The notes beneath the pieces are model-generated. The model saw nothing but the letters and a program-made list of their open reading frames with translations, was not told where the DNA came from and searched no databases. 45,813 nucleotides of DNA from Spirochaetales bacterium (GTDB lineage Bacteria; Spirochaetota; Spirochaetia; Treponematales; UBA12059): positions 1 through 45,813 of the forward strand of contig JAFGJV010000012.1 in NCBI GenBank assembly GCA_016928955.1. Direction: 5' to 3'. Of this stretch, positions 9,325 through 18,569 are shown piece after piece. Made by a program: the position numbers and the translations under genes. Each line of letters begins with the position of its first letter. The first letter of the stretch is position 1.

Positions 9325-10935
9325 TTATTCCCGGCCCCCCGACACCACAGGCGTGTCGTAGCTTTTGGCCGCGGGCAATCCGGCCCACACGGGCACGCCC
9401 GTGCGGTGGCTGATATCAAAGCGCCACAGCCTGCCGCCCGAGGGATTCCAGACCAGGCCCGCGGCCGCCGCGCCACGGTCGGCCGTAACGCCGTTGGGAG
9501 GAACCAGCCAGCCGGGCAGGAGCACGGCCACCGAGTTGCCCCAGTGCCGCTCAAGCCAGCCCGGCGCGTCCGGGCTCCTGGATATAACGACGTCCGCGCC
9601 CGCTTTGGCCAGGGCCTTCATGTCCGCTTCCCAGGCGGCCGCGTCAAAAGCGTCGCCATGGCCATACCTGTTCCCGCATTCGGCCAGCACGATGACCGGA
9701 CGGCGGCCGTCCTTGCGCTCGATCGCCGCGTCCACCAGCAGGCGGTCATAGGCTCCGTCCCAGTCTACCGGCGCCCTGAGCACCGACACCCGCGAGTGCC
9801 CCACGTCCAGGCGCTCGCGCTGCTCGCCCTCGGAACCGAACAGGTACAGGTCTGAACCCATGAAGCGCCTGTCCTCATGGCCGGCTCCGGCCAGCTCGGC
9901 CAGGGCGGGATAGGTCCGCGCGGTGCGGTCAGGGTCGCGCCAGTCCCAGGTCCAGGACCGGAGCGTCTGGAAGGGCGCGTCCTTGTCTCCGGCCACTGAG
10001 GGCAGGGCCAAAATGGTGACGGTTGGCACGGACGCGCTCCGCCCGGAGCCGTAGCTTGCGTACACGTGGCTGGTGTTGTCGCCTATCGCTTCCTCAAAAT
10101 GATCCTGGAGGTCGGTGCGGTGGAACACGTTGGCCCGGTCGACGCCCATGCTTTTCATGAGCAGGGTAAGGAGGTACAGCGATTCGGGAGAGTCGACCTC
10201 GGCTCCCAGGATCCTGGACGCGTCCATGGCCTCCAGGGCAGCCTCGCTCATAGCGTCGTGGAAACGGGAGAACGCCACGGGATTGTAGTGGGAGAAGTCC
10301 ACGGACGCCACCACCAGGGAGTCCCGGGGGAGGGCGTCGCGCAGGTCGACCATCAGCTGGTCCAAGGCCCGCGTGTCCGTTCCGGGTTTTATGAGTATGG
10401 GCAGGAAGCGGGTTCCGGGCAGGTAGTAGGCCACGAAGGGGGCATGGGTGTGGACCCCGTGCTCTTCGGTGTACAGTCCCGACGCCTGGGCGCGCATGCT
10501 GTCTTTCCGGAGCAGGGTGTCTGACAGTTCCCGGTCGGCCGGCAGGTAGCCAAAGGCCGTGTCAAAACCCACGTCGCCTGGCAGGGTTATGGACGCGGGT
10601 CCTGCCAGAAAGTGGTCGGGGGAAAGGAGCACGACCACGGAAGGGCGGGCCGCCCGCGCGACGGCCTTCCAAACGCCGGCCAGCTCGAACTGCTCGGACA
10701 GGTGATGGGGCACGACCAGGCCTTTGAGGCCGCGCGGCAGGCTGAAGGACGCGGCCTTGAGGGTTATCTGACCCCACATGGCAGTGTCCCCGGGATAGTA
10801 GCCGCGCACGAGGAGGGTATCCGGCCCCGGCGTGGCGGGTTCCGGCGGCGGGGCTTCCGGACCGCAAGCGACCAGGATGAGAGCTGTTCCCAGGGCCAGA
10901 ATCCAGGCCGCCGGCCGGCAGCGCGTCGCCCGCAT
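9325..10935 (-). CDS. Lipoprotein with MEMO1/AmmeMemoRadiSam-B-like domain and degenerate CapA-like C-terminus
   Basis: Start at 10935 (TGATG overlap with upstream stop); signal ends LILVA-C24; MEMO motifs GLVVPHH, LLSPDH, EEHG and VASVDFSHY; C-terminal AKAGADVVISRSP resembles CapA GADxxIGHHPH without the histidines. Confidence 0.7.
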   Translation of the reverse strand: MRATRCRPAAWILALGTALILVACGPEAPPPEPATPGPDTLLVRGYYPGDTAMWGQITLKAASFSLPRGLKGLVVPHHLSEQFELAGVWKAVARAARPSVVVLLSPDHFLAGPASITLPGDVGFDTAFGYLPADRELSDTLLRKDSMRAQASGLYTEEHGVHTHAPFVAYYLPGTRFLPILIKPGTDTRALDQLMVDLRDALPRDSLVVASVDFSHYNPVAFSRFHDAMSEAALEAMDASRILGAEVDSPESLYLLTLLMKSMGVDRANVFHRTDLQDHFEEAIGDNTSHVYASYGSGRSASVPTVTILALPSVAGDKDAPFQTLRSWTWDWRDPDRTARTYPALAELAGAGHEDRRFMGSDLYLFGSEGEQRERLDVGHSRVSVLRAPVDWDGAYDRLLVDAAIERKDGRRPVIVLAECGNRYGHGDAFDAAAWEADMKALAKAGADVVISRSPDAPGWLERHWGNSVAVLLPGWLVPPNGVTADRGAAAAGLVWNPSGGRLWRFDISHRTGVPVWAGLPAAKSYDTPVVSGGRE

Positions 10936-11900
10936 CAGCGGTACTTCCGGCCGCCCCACTCGACCACGGTGAAGCCGCGGCGCTCCGCCGTATCCAGCCG
11001 CTGGGCAGGAACCGAGATGGGACCGTCCAGTCCGCGGTGGTCAAAGTACACCCGGATGACCGTGTCCGGCGCCGGTATGACGGTGAGCGGAGCCTCAGCG
11101 TCCAGTCTGTCCTTGGGCCAGAAAGCCAGATGGTACCACTCGTAGTCGTTGAGCAGCGGGAGCCAGAATTCCAGGAAGTCCGCGATCTCCCGGTCAATCA
11201 GGCCAAGCTTGGCCAGCGCTATACGGAAGAAAGCCTCCAGACCGGCCCGTTCCACCACAAAGCCTTCCTTGAACGAGAACGGGGCCGCGGCGTCGGGGCT
11301 TTCCCAGAACAGGTAGGGATAGGTCTTGCCGTCGGCCACGTTGACGATGCGCCCGTCCGGGTGCGCGTCCACGTTCCAGCCGGTTCCCAGCGGCGGGTCG
11401 CTCACGGACACGCCCTCCCTGGGCTGCACGTTGACGAACACGCGCTCGGCGCGTTCCGGGTAGAGGTAGATCACGGGTTTTGCCCGCTCCCCGACGTGCT
11501 CGCTCGAGTAGATCTGGACGCTACTGATCACGGACAGGCCGCTGGCCGTCTTGCCTATGACCTTGTACAGGTTTGTGCCCAGGCCCAGGTTGCCCAGGCT
11601 TGGGAAAATGCGGTAGAGAAAGGACCCGGAGCCGGGAACGAATTTCTTCAGCGTGTACGAATCCACCAGGCTCAGGTCCTGGTCGCTGGATTTGTCATAA
11701 TCTAGCTCTCTCCAGTAGTACTCCACCGTGACGCTTACGATATCTTTGGAGCAGGTCCCTTCAAGGATGACGGGTTCCCGGGGCGCTTGGACGTGGTCCC
11801 CGTCTGTGGGGCGGGTTATGGCTATGAACGGCCCGGTCTGTGCCGGGGCCGCCGCCACCGCGGCGATGGCCAGGATCAGCGTGGGGTACAAGCGTTTCAT
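10935..11900 (-). CDS. Secreted hypothetical protein with KPVIYLYP...VEWGG domain
   Basis: Signal peptide MKRLYPTLILAIAAVAAAPA; C-terminal motifs AKPVIYLYP, YPYLFWE, EFWLP, PDTVIRV and GFTVVEWGG. Confidence 0.8.
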   Translation of the reverse strand: MKRLYPTLILAIAAVAAAPAQTGPFIAITRPTDGDHVQAPREPVILEGTCSKDIVSVTVEYYWRELDYDKSSDQDLSLVDSYTLKKFVPGSGSFLYRIFPSLGNLGLGTNLYKVIGKTASGLSVISSVQIYSSEHVGERAKPVIYLYPERAERVFVNVQPREGVSVSDPPLGTGWNVDAHPDGRIVNVADGKTYPYLFWESPDAAAPFSFKEGFVVERAGLEAFFRIALAKLGLIDREIADFLEFWLPLLNDYEWYHLAFWPKDRLDAEAPLTVIPAPDTVIRVYFDHRGLDGPISVPAQRLDTAERRGFTVVEWGGRKYR

Positions 11901-11906
11901 GGCAGG

Positions 11907-11935
11907 ATTCTGTCCCTCCGGCGCAGTTCTGTCAA
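11907..11935 (-). promoter_or_regulatory. Sigma70-type promoter TTGACA-17-CAGAAT, 6 nt before ATG
   Basis: Perfect -35 (11935-11930), 17-nt spacer, CAGAAT (11912-11907), ATG at 11900. Confidence 0.55.
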
Positions 11936-12031
11936 TCTTACGAATGCCGTGCGACCCGCGCCGAGCGGCCGTTGGAGAAAGCCGCTGGTTTGCCTGCTTA
12001 TTTTGCGCGGGCAGTGCTATACTCCAGGATC

Positions 12032-13495
12032 ATGAAGCGAGCCATAATGATAGGTCTGAGCCTGATATCCGCCCTGGCTTGGGCGGACGGGCTGTTCTTG
12101 GCAGGTTCCGAGGTCTACTATGATGGTCTGCCCCTATTTCTTGGCGACAAAATGCTGGGAACGTACAACTGGGTAGCCACCACGGACGGAGCCTTTGCCA
12201 CGGCCTTAAATTGGAGCGACGACACGCGGCGCGTACCTTCATACACGTTCTGGGCGGCGGATGGTAGCCGCGTGCTACCGGCTGTTGGCCCGCTCGCGGC
12301 TGCCGGCGCCTTCGGGTCGGGCCGGGCGCCGGTCCTCCTGGCCGACCGGGAAGCCCTGTACGGTTACATGGGCACGAACGGGCGCTGGGCCATCCAGCCG
12401 CGCTTCGTAGAGGCCGAGCCGTTTCTGGACGGTTACGCCCTTGCCCGCGAGCCCGGGGGTACCTGGGGGGTCATAGACGTGTCTGGCGCCTGGGTTGCCA
12501 GGCCGTCCTGGACCTCGGCGACCAACCTGGGCTACGGTTTCATCCTGGCCGAGAGCGGGAGCCGCTCCGTTTTTGACGCCAAGTCGGCCAAGGTGGTGAT
12601 CCAGGCGACCGAAATCCAGGTTACGGTCCATGAAGGCCTTACGCCGGGGAAATCGATCCTTATCTTCCTTGCCCGGGTATCCGGAAAGCCCGACGTGCTT
12701 CTGGGGAGCGACGGCGGCGACCTGTTGCCCCTGGTGTCCAAGGATCAGCTTGCCTTCAAGGGAGTGCCCTTTCCTGTTTCATACCGCATTGGCACTACGC
12801 GGTACGGCGATATCGAGTACGATGAATATGGCCTTCTGACCTATAGCAAGGTTGAGGCGCTCCGGCCGGATGGCACCCAGGCCAGTCCCTTTGTGTTCAA
12901 CAAAATCGGCCAATTCCACGGATCTGTGGCCTTGGTCGGTTTTGGCAATGCCTACCCAAGATCAGGCAGGAACGGGACGGTAGGATACGAATACATGGCT
13001 TCGTCCAGTTCTGAAGGGGTCGTTGGCCTGTACGATTTCGCGGCGAAGCGCTTTCTGGTCGATCCGAACTGCTCCCTGATCCAGAGAATCGGACCAGGCC
13101 GCTACTATGTGCTTCCCATAGAAGGCCCGGCTTTCCTGGCCGACCAGACAGGCGCGAAAATTTCCGAAGCCGTTCCCGGCTTGCGGCCCACATGGATACG
13201 CGGCCCGTTCTATTGCTGCACCCAGAGCTCCGGCGCGGAAATGGAAGCCATGGGCCTGATCAACAATATGGCCGTGAGGGTGCGTTCGGGTCCGGGCACG
13301 GACAGCGCGGTCGTGACCCAGGTGGACAAAGGCACCAGGGTCACGGTGCGCCAAGTCGATCCCCGGGTGGTCAGCGTGGCCCACTGGACCGGCGCGTGGC
13401 TATTGTTGGATATCCTGGACAAGGATGGCCGCACGGCGTACACCGGTTGGGTGCTCAGCGAATTCGTCGAGTTTGCCTATTACGACGGACCGTAA
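12032..13495 (+). CDS. Secreted WG-repeat protein with C-terminal bacterial SH3 domain
   Basis: Start MKRAIMIGLSLISALAWA (signal peptide); WG-repeat-like YGYMGTNGRWAIQPRF...WGVIDVSG; SH3b-like VRVRSGPGTDSAVV...GWVLSEFV. Confidence 0.75.
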   Translation: MKRAIMIGLSLISALAWADGLFLAGSEVYYDGLPLFLGDKMLGTYNWVATTDGAFATALNWSDDTRRVPSYTFWAADGSRVLPAVGPLAAAGAFGSGRAPVLLADREALYGYMGTNGRWAIQPRFVEAEPFLDGYALAREPGGTWGVIDVSGAWVARPSWTSATNLGYGFILAESGSRSVFDAKSAKVVIQATEIQVTVHEGLTPGKSILIFLARVSGKPDVLLGSDGGDLLPLVSKDQLAFKGVPFPVSYRIGTTRYGDIEYDEYGLLTYSKVEALRPDGTQASPFVFNKIGQFHGSVALVGFGNAYPRSGRNGTVGYEYMASSSSEGVVGLYDFAAKRFLVDPNCSLIQRIGPGRYYVLPIEGPAFLADQTGAKISEAVPGLRPTWIRGPFYCCTQSSGAEMEAMGLINNMAVRVRSGPGTDSAVVTQVDKGTRVTVRQVDPRVVSVAHWTGAWLLLDILDKDGRTAYTGWVLSEFVEFAYYDGP

Positions 13496-13516
13496 GCCCT
13501 GGGTGGCATGCGCGGG

Positions 13517-15277
13517 TCAAACCTTGGCCCGCTCCATGCGAATGGTCACAGTAAAGCCGCCGTCCGACGATGCTTTGACCAAAGCCTGGCCGCCCAGGTC
13601 CTTCTCCACCAGGGTTTTCACGATACCGGCCTCTATGGCCTTGCCCGGGTAGCGTTTGGCAGTGGCCAAGCTGGGCCCATCCGACGGCTGGTTTATGCCA
13701 GGCAGGGGCCGGAGGGATATTTCCACCAGGGCCCTCTCATCCACGCCTGACACAAAAATCTGGAAGAGCTTGGGACCCAGCTGGCTGGGCAGGGCGGCCG
13801 CCCCGGCCACGATTGACGCAACCGTCCGGTTGATGGCGGCGTACGATGTCCGCACGTATACCGGGACGTCACGGGTGAGCACCGGGTGGGCGTCCGCGTC
13901 GCGCAGAGGGCCGGACAGGATATTGACCGCGTCTTCCATGGCCTGGCCCAGCTCCAGCACCACGGGGGACTCGTCCCCGCCGCCCACGGATACGCGCCTG
14001 AAGGAACTGATGACGGCGCTTGCCCTCCGCAGGCTTCCGTCCAGGATGTCGGCCGCCTTGCCTATCTCTGCCAGTGCGCCCGCGGGATCGCCGCCGTCAT
14101 AGGACTGGACGGTGTCGCGCACGAACGACGAGGATGTCAGCGCCACGCCTATGGGCGTGTTCAGCTCGTGGGCCAAGCCGGCCACCGCCGAGCCAAGCAC
14201 GGCCGAACGCTCCGTCTGGATGATCAGGTTCTGGGCGGCGCCCAGCTCGTCCAGGGCGTCGGCCAGCTCCTTGTTCTTGAAATTCAGCTGCCTGGAACTC
14301 AGGATAACCCAACCGGCGCCTATGCCCGTTGCCAGCGCCGCCGCCACCGATATGAACACGGCCGTGAGCGTTGGGCCCGTCACCTGGGCGGCCGGCAGCA
14401 TGGCAAACAGGGTCCATGGCCTGAGCACGGCTGGCTCGGCCACGGCCAGCACCTTCTGTCCACGCGACAGGCGCATGTAGCCGGACGAGCGCTGGCCACC
14501 CAGTATTAGGCCGGTCAGGGTTTCCGCCGAGTCGCTCTGGTCGGGCAAGTAGGTCCATTCGGCAAGGTCGTTGCCGGCCAGTATGAAGCCGTTTTCATCC
14601 ACAACGCCGTAGCTGAACCGGGAACCGGTGCGTTTGGCTATGACCGGCGCCAGGAAGCGGCTGGCGCGGATGATTACCCCGGCCGTGCCCGCGTAACGGT
14701 TGTCCTGGTCGTAGGTGGGGCTGGTGGCCACCACGACAAGGCGCCGTTCGGGGCCTATGGCGTAGGGGCCGCTCAGGTCGACGTTGCCGCGCATGGCCGT
14801 GGTATGGTAGGCGCTGGACGCCGGGGGCACGGACGCAAGGAGCTCTTCGGCGCCAAGCTCGTAGACCACCTGGCCGCTCTTGTTCAGGTAGAAGACGCTC
14901 TCGTAATAGCTGATTTCCCTGATCAGGCGCTGGGCGTAGGTATCCACGGCGTCCAGGACGTCGGCCGGGGACGCGTGGCCCGTGCCCAGGGCCTGGTTGG
15001 ACGCGGCGACCATGCGCACCACGTCCGTGTTGTGGGCTATCTCGTAGGCCGTCCGTTTGGCCGCCTGTATGGACTCGCCCAGGATGGCCCGCCGGTCAAC
15101 AAGAGACTCCCGCGCCGCGCCCGTGGACGTGTCGTGGATGGCGCCCACCAGGGACGTGGACGCCAGCACTATCACCGCTGATACGGGAACCATGACGGCG
15201 AGCCAGGGCAGGAGGAAACCCAGGAAGAAGGTCCGGATATCCGGAAACAGCCGCTGGCGCGGTCGCTCGTGGTCCAT
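13517..15277 (-). CDS. Membrane sensor (Cache-like) histidine kinase-like protein with degenerate ATPase domain
   Basis: Two TM helices flank an extracytoplasmic domain; H-box LAHELNTPIG is intact; N, G1, F and G2 boxes are not recognisable. Confidence 0.75.
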   Translation of the reverse strand: MDHERPRQRLFPDIRTFFLGFLLPWLAVMVPVSAVIVLASTSLVGAIHDTSTGAARESLVDRRAILGESIQAAKRTAYEIAHNTDVVRMVAASNQALGTGHASPADVLDAVDTYAQRLIREISYYESVFYLNKSGQVVYELGAEELLASVPPASSAYHTTAMRGNVDLSGPYAIGPERRLVVVATSPTYDQDNRYAGTAGVIIRASRFLAPVIAKRTGSRFSYGVVDENGFILAGNDLAEWTYLPDQSDSAETLTGLILGGQRSSGYMRLSRGQKVLAVAEPAVLRPWTLFAMLPAAQVTGPTLTAVFISVAAALATGIGAGWVILSSRQLNFKNKELADALDELGAAQNLIIQTERSAVLGSAVAGLAHELNTPIGVALTSSSFVRDTVQSYDGGDPAGALAEIGKAADILDGSLRRASAVISSFRRVSVGGGDESPVVLELGQAMEDAVNILSGPLRDADAHPVLTRDVPVYVRTSYAAINRTVASIVAGAAALPSQLGPKLFQIFVSGVDERALVEISLRPLPGINQPSDGPSLATAKRYPGKAIEAGIVKTLVEKDLGGQALVKASSDGGFTVTIRMERAKV

Positions 15278-15294
15278 GCGCGCTTTCCGTGGCC

Positions 15295-16296
15295 TCAGGG
15301 CAGGAGTTCGAGCCTGAGCGACCCGTCCATAACCTTGGCGGCCACGGCGTCCACGTCCTGCCTGAGCTCGGTGGGCACGGGGCTGGGATCGTCGCCCCAG
15401 TCCAGCCCCACAAAGCTCTGGGCAAGGCCATAGCGCCTGAGGCCGCCTTTGAAGCTGTCTTCCGCTATTTCCTTGAGCACGGTATAGACGGCCTGGCCCG
15501 TGTCCTTGACCATGCTGGCCAGGATGCGCTCGGGATCCAGGGGCCGCTGGTCCTGGTCCACGCCTATGGCGTACACGTCCGCGTCCCTGCAGGCGGCCAG
15601 GGCGCCCAGCCCGGCCCCGCCCGCGGCCACAAAAAGTATGTCCGCGCCGGCGGCGATCTGGGCCCTGGCGGCCGTGGCTGCCGGTTCGGTATCCTCGAAC
15701 GAACCGGCAAAGGACACAAAGGCCTCAACCTCAGGATCGGTATCCTTCACGCCGGCCAGGAAGCCCTCCACAAAGGCGCGTATGACCGGTATGTCCATGC
15801 CGCCGACTATGCCTACCTTTTTCTCCGGGTTGGTTTTGGGCAGGTTCGGGTCCACGGTACCCAGGGCGGCCAGGACTCCGGCCAGGTACGAGCCCTCGGA
15901 CTCGGTAAAGTCTATGACGGCCAGGTTTGGCTGCTCCTGGACATTGGCGTCCACGTATATGAATTTTTTGTCCGGATATGAGCGCGACGTCTGCTGCACC
16001 AGCTCGAAGAACTGGTAACCCATCACGATGATGACGTCATGGTTTTCCGCGGCGGCGGTGATGGCGCCGGCATAGAGGTTGATGTCCTCATGGCACTCGG
16101 TTGTGCTCACCGTGTAGCCGAATTCGGCCTGGGCCCGGTCCAGCCCGCTCTTGGCGGAGTCAAAGAAGGATTTGTCGCCAAAGGCATTGGACACAACCAT
16201 GGCGACCTTGAGCTTGCTTGCCTTCGACGCGGGGGCGCACGACGCGACGAGGGCGACCAGGGCCAAAGCGGCCGCTATCTTCCATGCACGATTCAT
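15295..16296 (-). CDS. BMP family (PnrA/TmpC/Med-like) substrate-binding lipoprotein
   Basis: Lipobox LVAS-C; GDKSFFD, EGSYLAG, GADILFVAAG, AIGVDQDQ and ILASMVK motifs. Confidence 0.9.
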   Translation of the reverse strand: MNRAWKIAAALALVALVASCAPASKASKLKVAMVVSNAFGDKSFFDSAKSGLDRAQAEFGYTVSTTECHEDINLYAGAITAAAENHDVIIVMGYQFFELVQQTSRSYPDKKFIYVDANVQEQPNLAVIDFTESEGSYLAGVLAALGTVDPNLPKTNPEKKVGIVGGMDIPVIRAFVEGFLAGVKDTDPEVEAFVSFAGSFEDTEPAATAARAQIAAGADILFVAAGGAGLGALAACRDADVYAIGVDQDQRPLDPERILASMVKDTGQAVYTVLKEIAEDSFKGGLRRYGLAQSFVGLDWGDDPSPVPTELRQDVDAVAAKVMDGSLRLELLP

Positions 16297-16337
16297 GCGT
16301 TTAGTATACGCGGCGGCCGCTTCAAATGCGAGCCGTA

Positions 16338-17330
16338 TCAGGTGGCCAGGCCCAGGGCGCGGGCCGCGTTCAGGGCGCAGCGCGTCTTCAGCTCAGACAG
16401 CGAGCGGGTGGAGCGGTACGCGCAGTGGTCGCTGGCTATCACTTTGGGGTGAGTGGCCAGGACGTGGCCGGGTCCGGGAGGCTCGCGCGAGAATACATCC
16501 AGGCCGGCTCCCGCCAGGTGGCCGGAGTCCAGGGCGGCGAGCAGGGCCGCCTCGTCGATAAGGCCTCCCCGGGACGTGTTGACCAGGAAGGCGCCGCGCT
16601 TCATGCGGGCAAGGACCTTCTGGCCAAAGAGCCCCCTGGTTTCCTCGCTCAGGGCCAAATGGACGCTGAGAAAATCGGAGGACGCCGCCAGCTCGTCGAG
16701 ACCCGCCGCCTGGATAGGCGTGCCCAGGGCTGCGGCGGCCGCGCCCAGCTCACGGTCTACCCGGGCCGGGTCCAGGTGCGGGCTCCATACCAGGACCCGC
16801 TCCGGTGCCAGGGCCAGGGCCATGCGCGCAAAGGCCCTGCCCGTGCCCCCAAAACCGGCCACCCCTATGACCGCGCCCGCGGGGCTGGACTGGGGCCCGT
16901 CCAGGTTCCAGCCGCCGTTTTTGACGGCTCGGTCGCGCCCGGCAAGGCCGCGGGCCAGGGCCATCATAAGGGCAAGCGCGTGGCCGGCCACTTCCTCATC
17001 GCAATAGCCGCGTACGGGCAGCACGCTTATGCCCTTGGCGGCGGCCGCTTCCTGGTCGACATTGTCCATGCCCACGCCGTAGCGGCAGATGGCCTTACAG
17101 CGCGTCATGGCCGCTATGGCCTTGGCGTCCACGGGAGCCAGGTTGACCAGCACGGCGTCCGCGTCCGCGCAGGCGGCGGCCACGTCTTCAGAGCTCGAGC
17201 AGGATGCCACCCTGAGCTCAGCGCCGAGCGGCCCGAACACGGCTTCTTCCTCGGTCACGCGGCCGTGGCGCTCGTCGGTGATGACCACCAAGGGCTTGTG
17301 CGTACGACCCGATGTGTCGGCGTGAACCAT
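16338..17330 (-). CDS. D-isomer-specific 2-hydroxyacid dehydrogenase (CtBP-like)
   Basis: RYGVGMDNVD, GVAGFGGTG, LVNTSRG, AGLDVFSREP and SDHCAY motifs. Confidence 0.9.
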   Translation of the reverse strand: MVHADTSGRTHKPLVVITDERHGRVTEEEAVFGPLGAELRVASCSSSEDVAAACADADAVLVNLAPVDAKAIAAMTRCKAICRYGVGMDNVDQEAAAAKGISVLPVRGYCDEEVAGHALALMMALARGLAGRDRAVKNGGWNLDGPQSSPAGAVIGVAGFGGTGRAFARMALALAPERVLVWSPHLDPARVDRELGAAAAALGTPIQAAGLDELAASSDFLSVHLALSEETRGLFGQKVLARMKRGAFLVNTSRGGLIDEAALLAALDSGHLAGAGLDVFSREPPGPGHVLATHPKVIASDHCAYRSTRSLSELKTRCALNAARALGLAT

Positions 17331-17387
17331 GCTGCCTCCGGCGGCCGCTTTCCGGCGGCCCTGCCCGCCAGTATAGCCGGAAACGAG

Positions 17388-17425
17388 GGGACGCTCTATT
17401 CGCTCCTAGGTCCATAGGGGTTCAG
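17388..17425. repeat. Possible highly degenerate copy of the ~36-bp palindromic repeat
   Basis: GGGACGCTCTA...TAGGGGTTCAG: 9/11 and 8/11 matches to the GGGAACCTCTA and TAGAGGTTCCC arms; 38 bp; intergenic. Confidence 0.3.
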
Positions 17426-17494
17426 GCGGAACGCGGCTTTGCGTGGGACGCCCTTCAGGCGCTAGAATTGGCGGCGTGCTCGAGGAGGCCCTGT

Positions 17495-18508
17495 ATGGCG
17501 AGCGTATTGGTATTCGGCGCCGGCGTGATCGGCTCGGTCTACGCGCTCAGGTTGGCGAAGGCCGGCCACGAGGTCCAGTTGGTGGCGAGGGGCGATCGCC
17601 TGGCCGCGCTCCGCGCGGGAGGGCTCGAGATCCGCAACGTCTTAATGTGCGATGCTCCGGAAAAGGCCCCGGTCACCGTGCTCGAGCGCGTGCCGGACGG
17701 CGAGTTTTACGATCTTTCCATCGTCGCGGTACGCTCGGGCCAGGTCGAGCCGGCTTTGCGGGAAGTCGCCCGCGCCAAGAATTCTGGGCCGGTAGCGGTA
17801 ATAGGGAACAATCTTGGCGACCTGGGCGCGCAGGGCGCCATGATCGGTCCCGAGCGCTTTGTTGCGGGATTCGGGGCTTTTGGAGGTTGCCGGGAAGGCG
17901 GCGTGATATCATAGGTGGATGGTCGCACGCCAAAGAAGCCATACCGGCGTTCGCCCACAACATTCGGCCTTGTTTCCGAGGAGGCGCGGCCGTCGCTGGA
18001 TACGGCCCGAGCGCTGTTCGAGTCGGCTGGCTTGCCCACGGTGGAGAGCCCCGATATACGCGCCTGGCTTGTCTGCCACGCCGCGCTCGTCTTCCCCCTC
18101 GCAGGCGCCATCTACGCCGCCGGCGGCGGGCAAGAACGACTGGGCCGCACAAACGACGCGTTGAGGCTCGGCATACGCGCGGCCAAGGAACTCTTTGTCG
18201 CGCTTCGCGCGTTGGGCACGAGGCTCGAGCCACCCCGGGTCGGGAAACTGCTCGCCAGTCCCGAGTGGCTGCTCATGGGAACACTGCGCAGGGCTTTCCG
18301 GGGCGAGGGAGCTCGCGTGGCCATGTTCGGCCACGCTAACGCCCCGGGAGGCCGCGTCGAGCTCGGGGGGCAGGCAGCTATACTGGACCGGATAGTCAGG
18401 GAATCGGGCCGGCCCTTGCCCGCTTGGGACCTGCTTCTGCCCCAGCTCGCGGGCACGGCTGAACCACTGCCCGATGGCTCGCGCGAGCTCAGGCCTCGGC
18501 TATGGTAG
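17495..18508 (+). pseudogene. Ketopantoate reductase (PanE/ApbA) family gene interrupted by in-frame TAG at 17912-17914
   Basis: Rossmann start MASVLVFGAGVIGSVYA after GAGGAGG; the same frame continues after the TAG through WLVCHAA and MFGHA to the stop at 18508. Confidence 0.8.
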
Positions 18509-18569
18509 CTCCCAATCCCATGGCGCGCGGGGGAAGCTAAAAACCGCGTAGCCGGGCTATACTGGGCGC

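Noticed and set aside
17912..17914. Genome-wide stop-codon reassignment (TAG or TAA)
   Set aside because: TAG, TAA and TGA all terminate well-conserved genes at expected positions in this window; the two internal stops are of different types.
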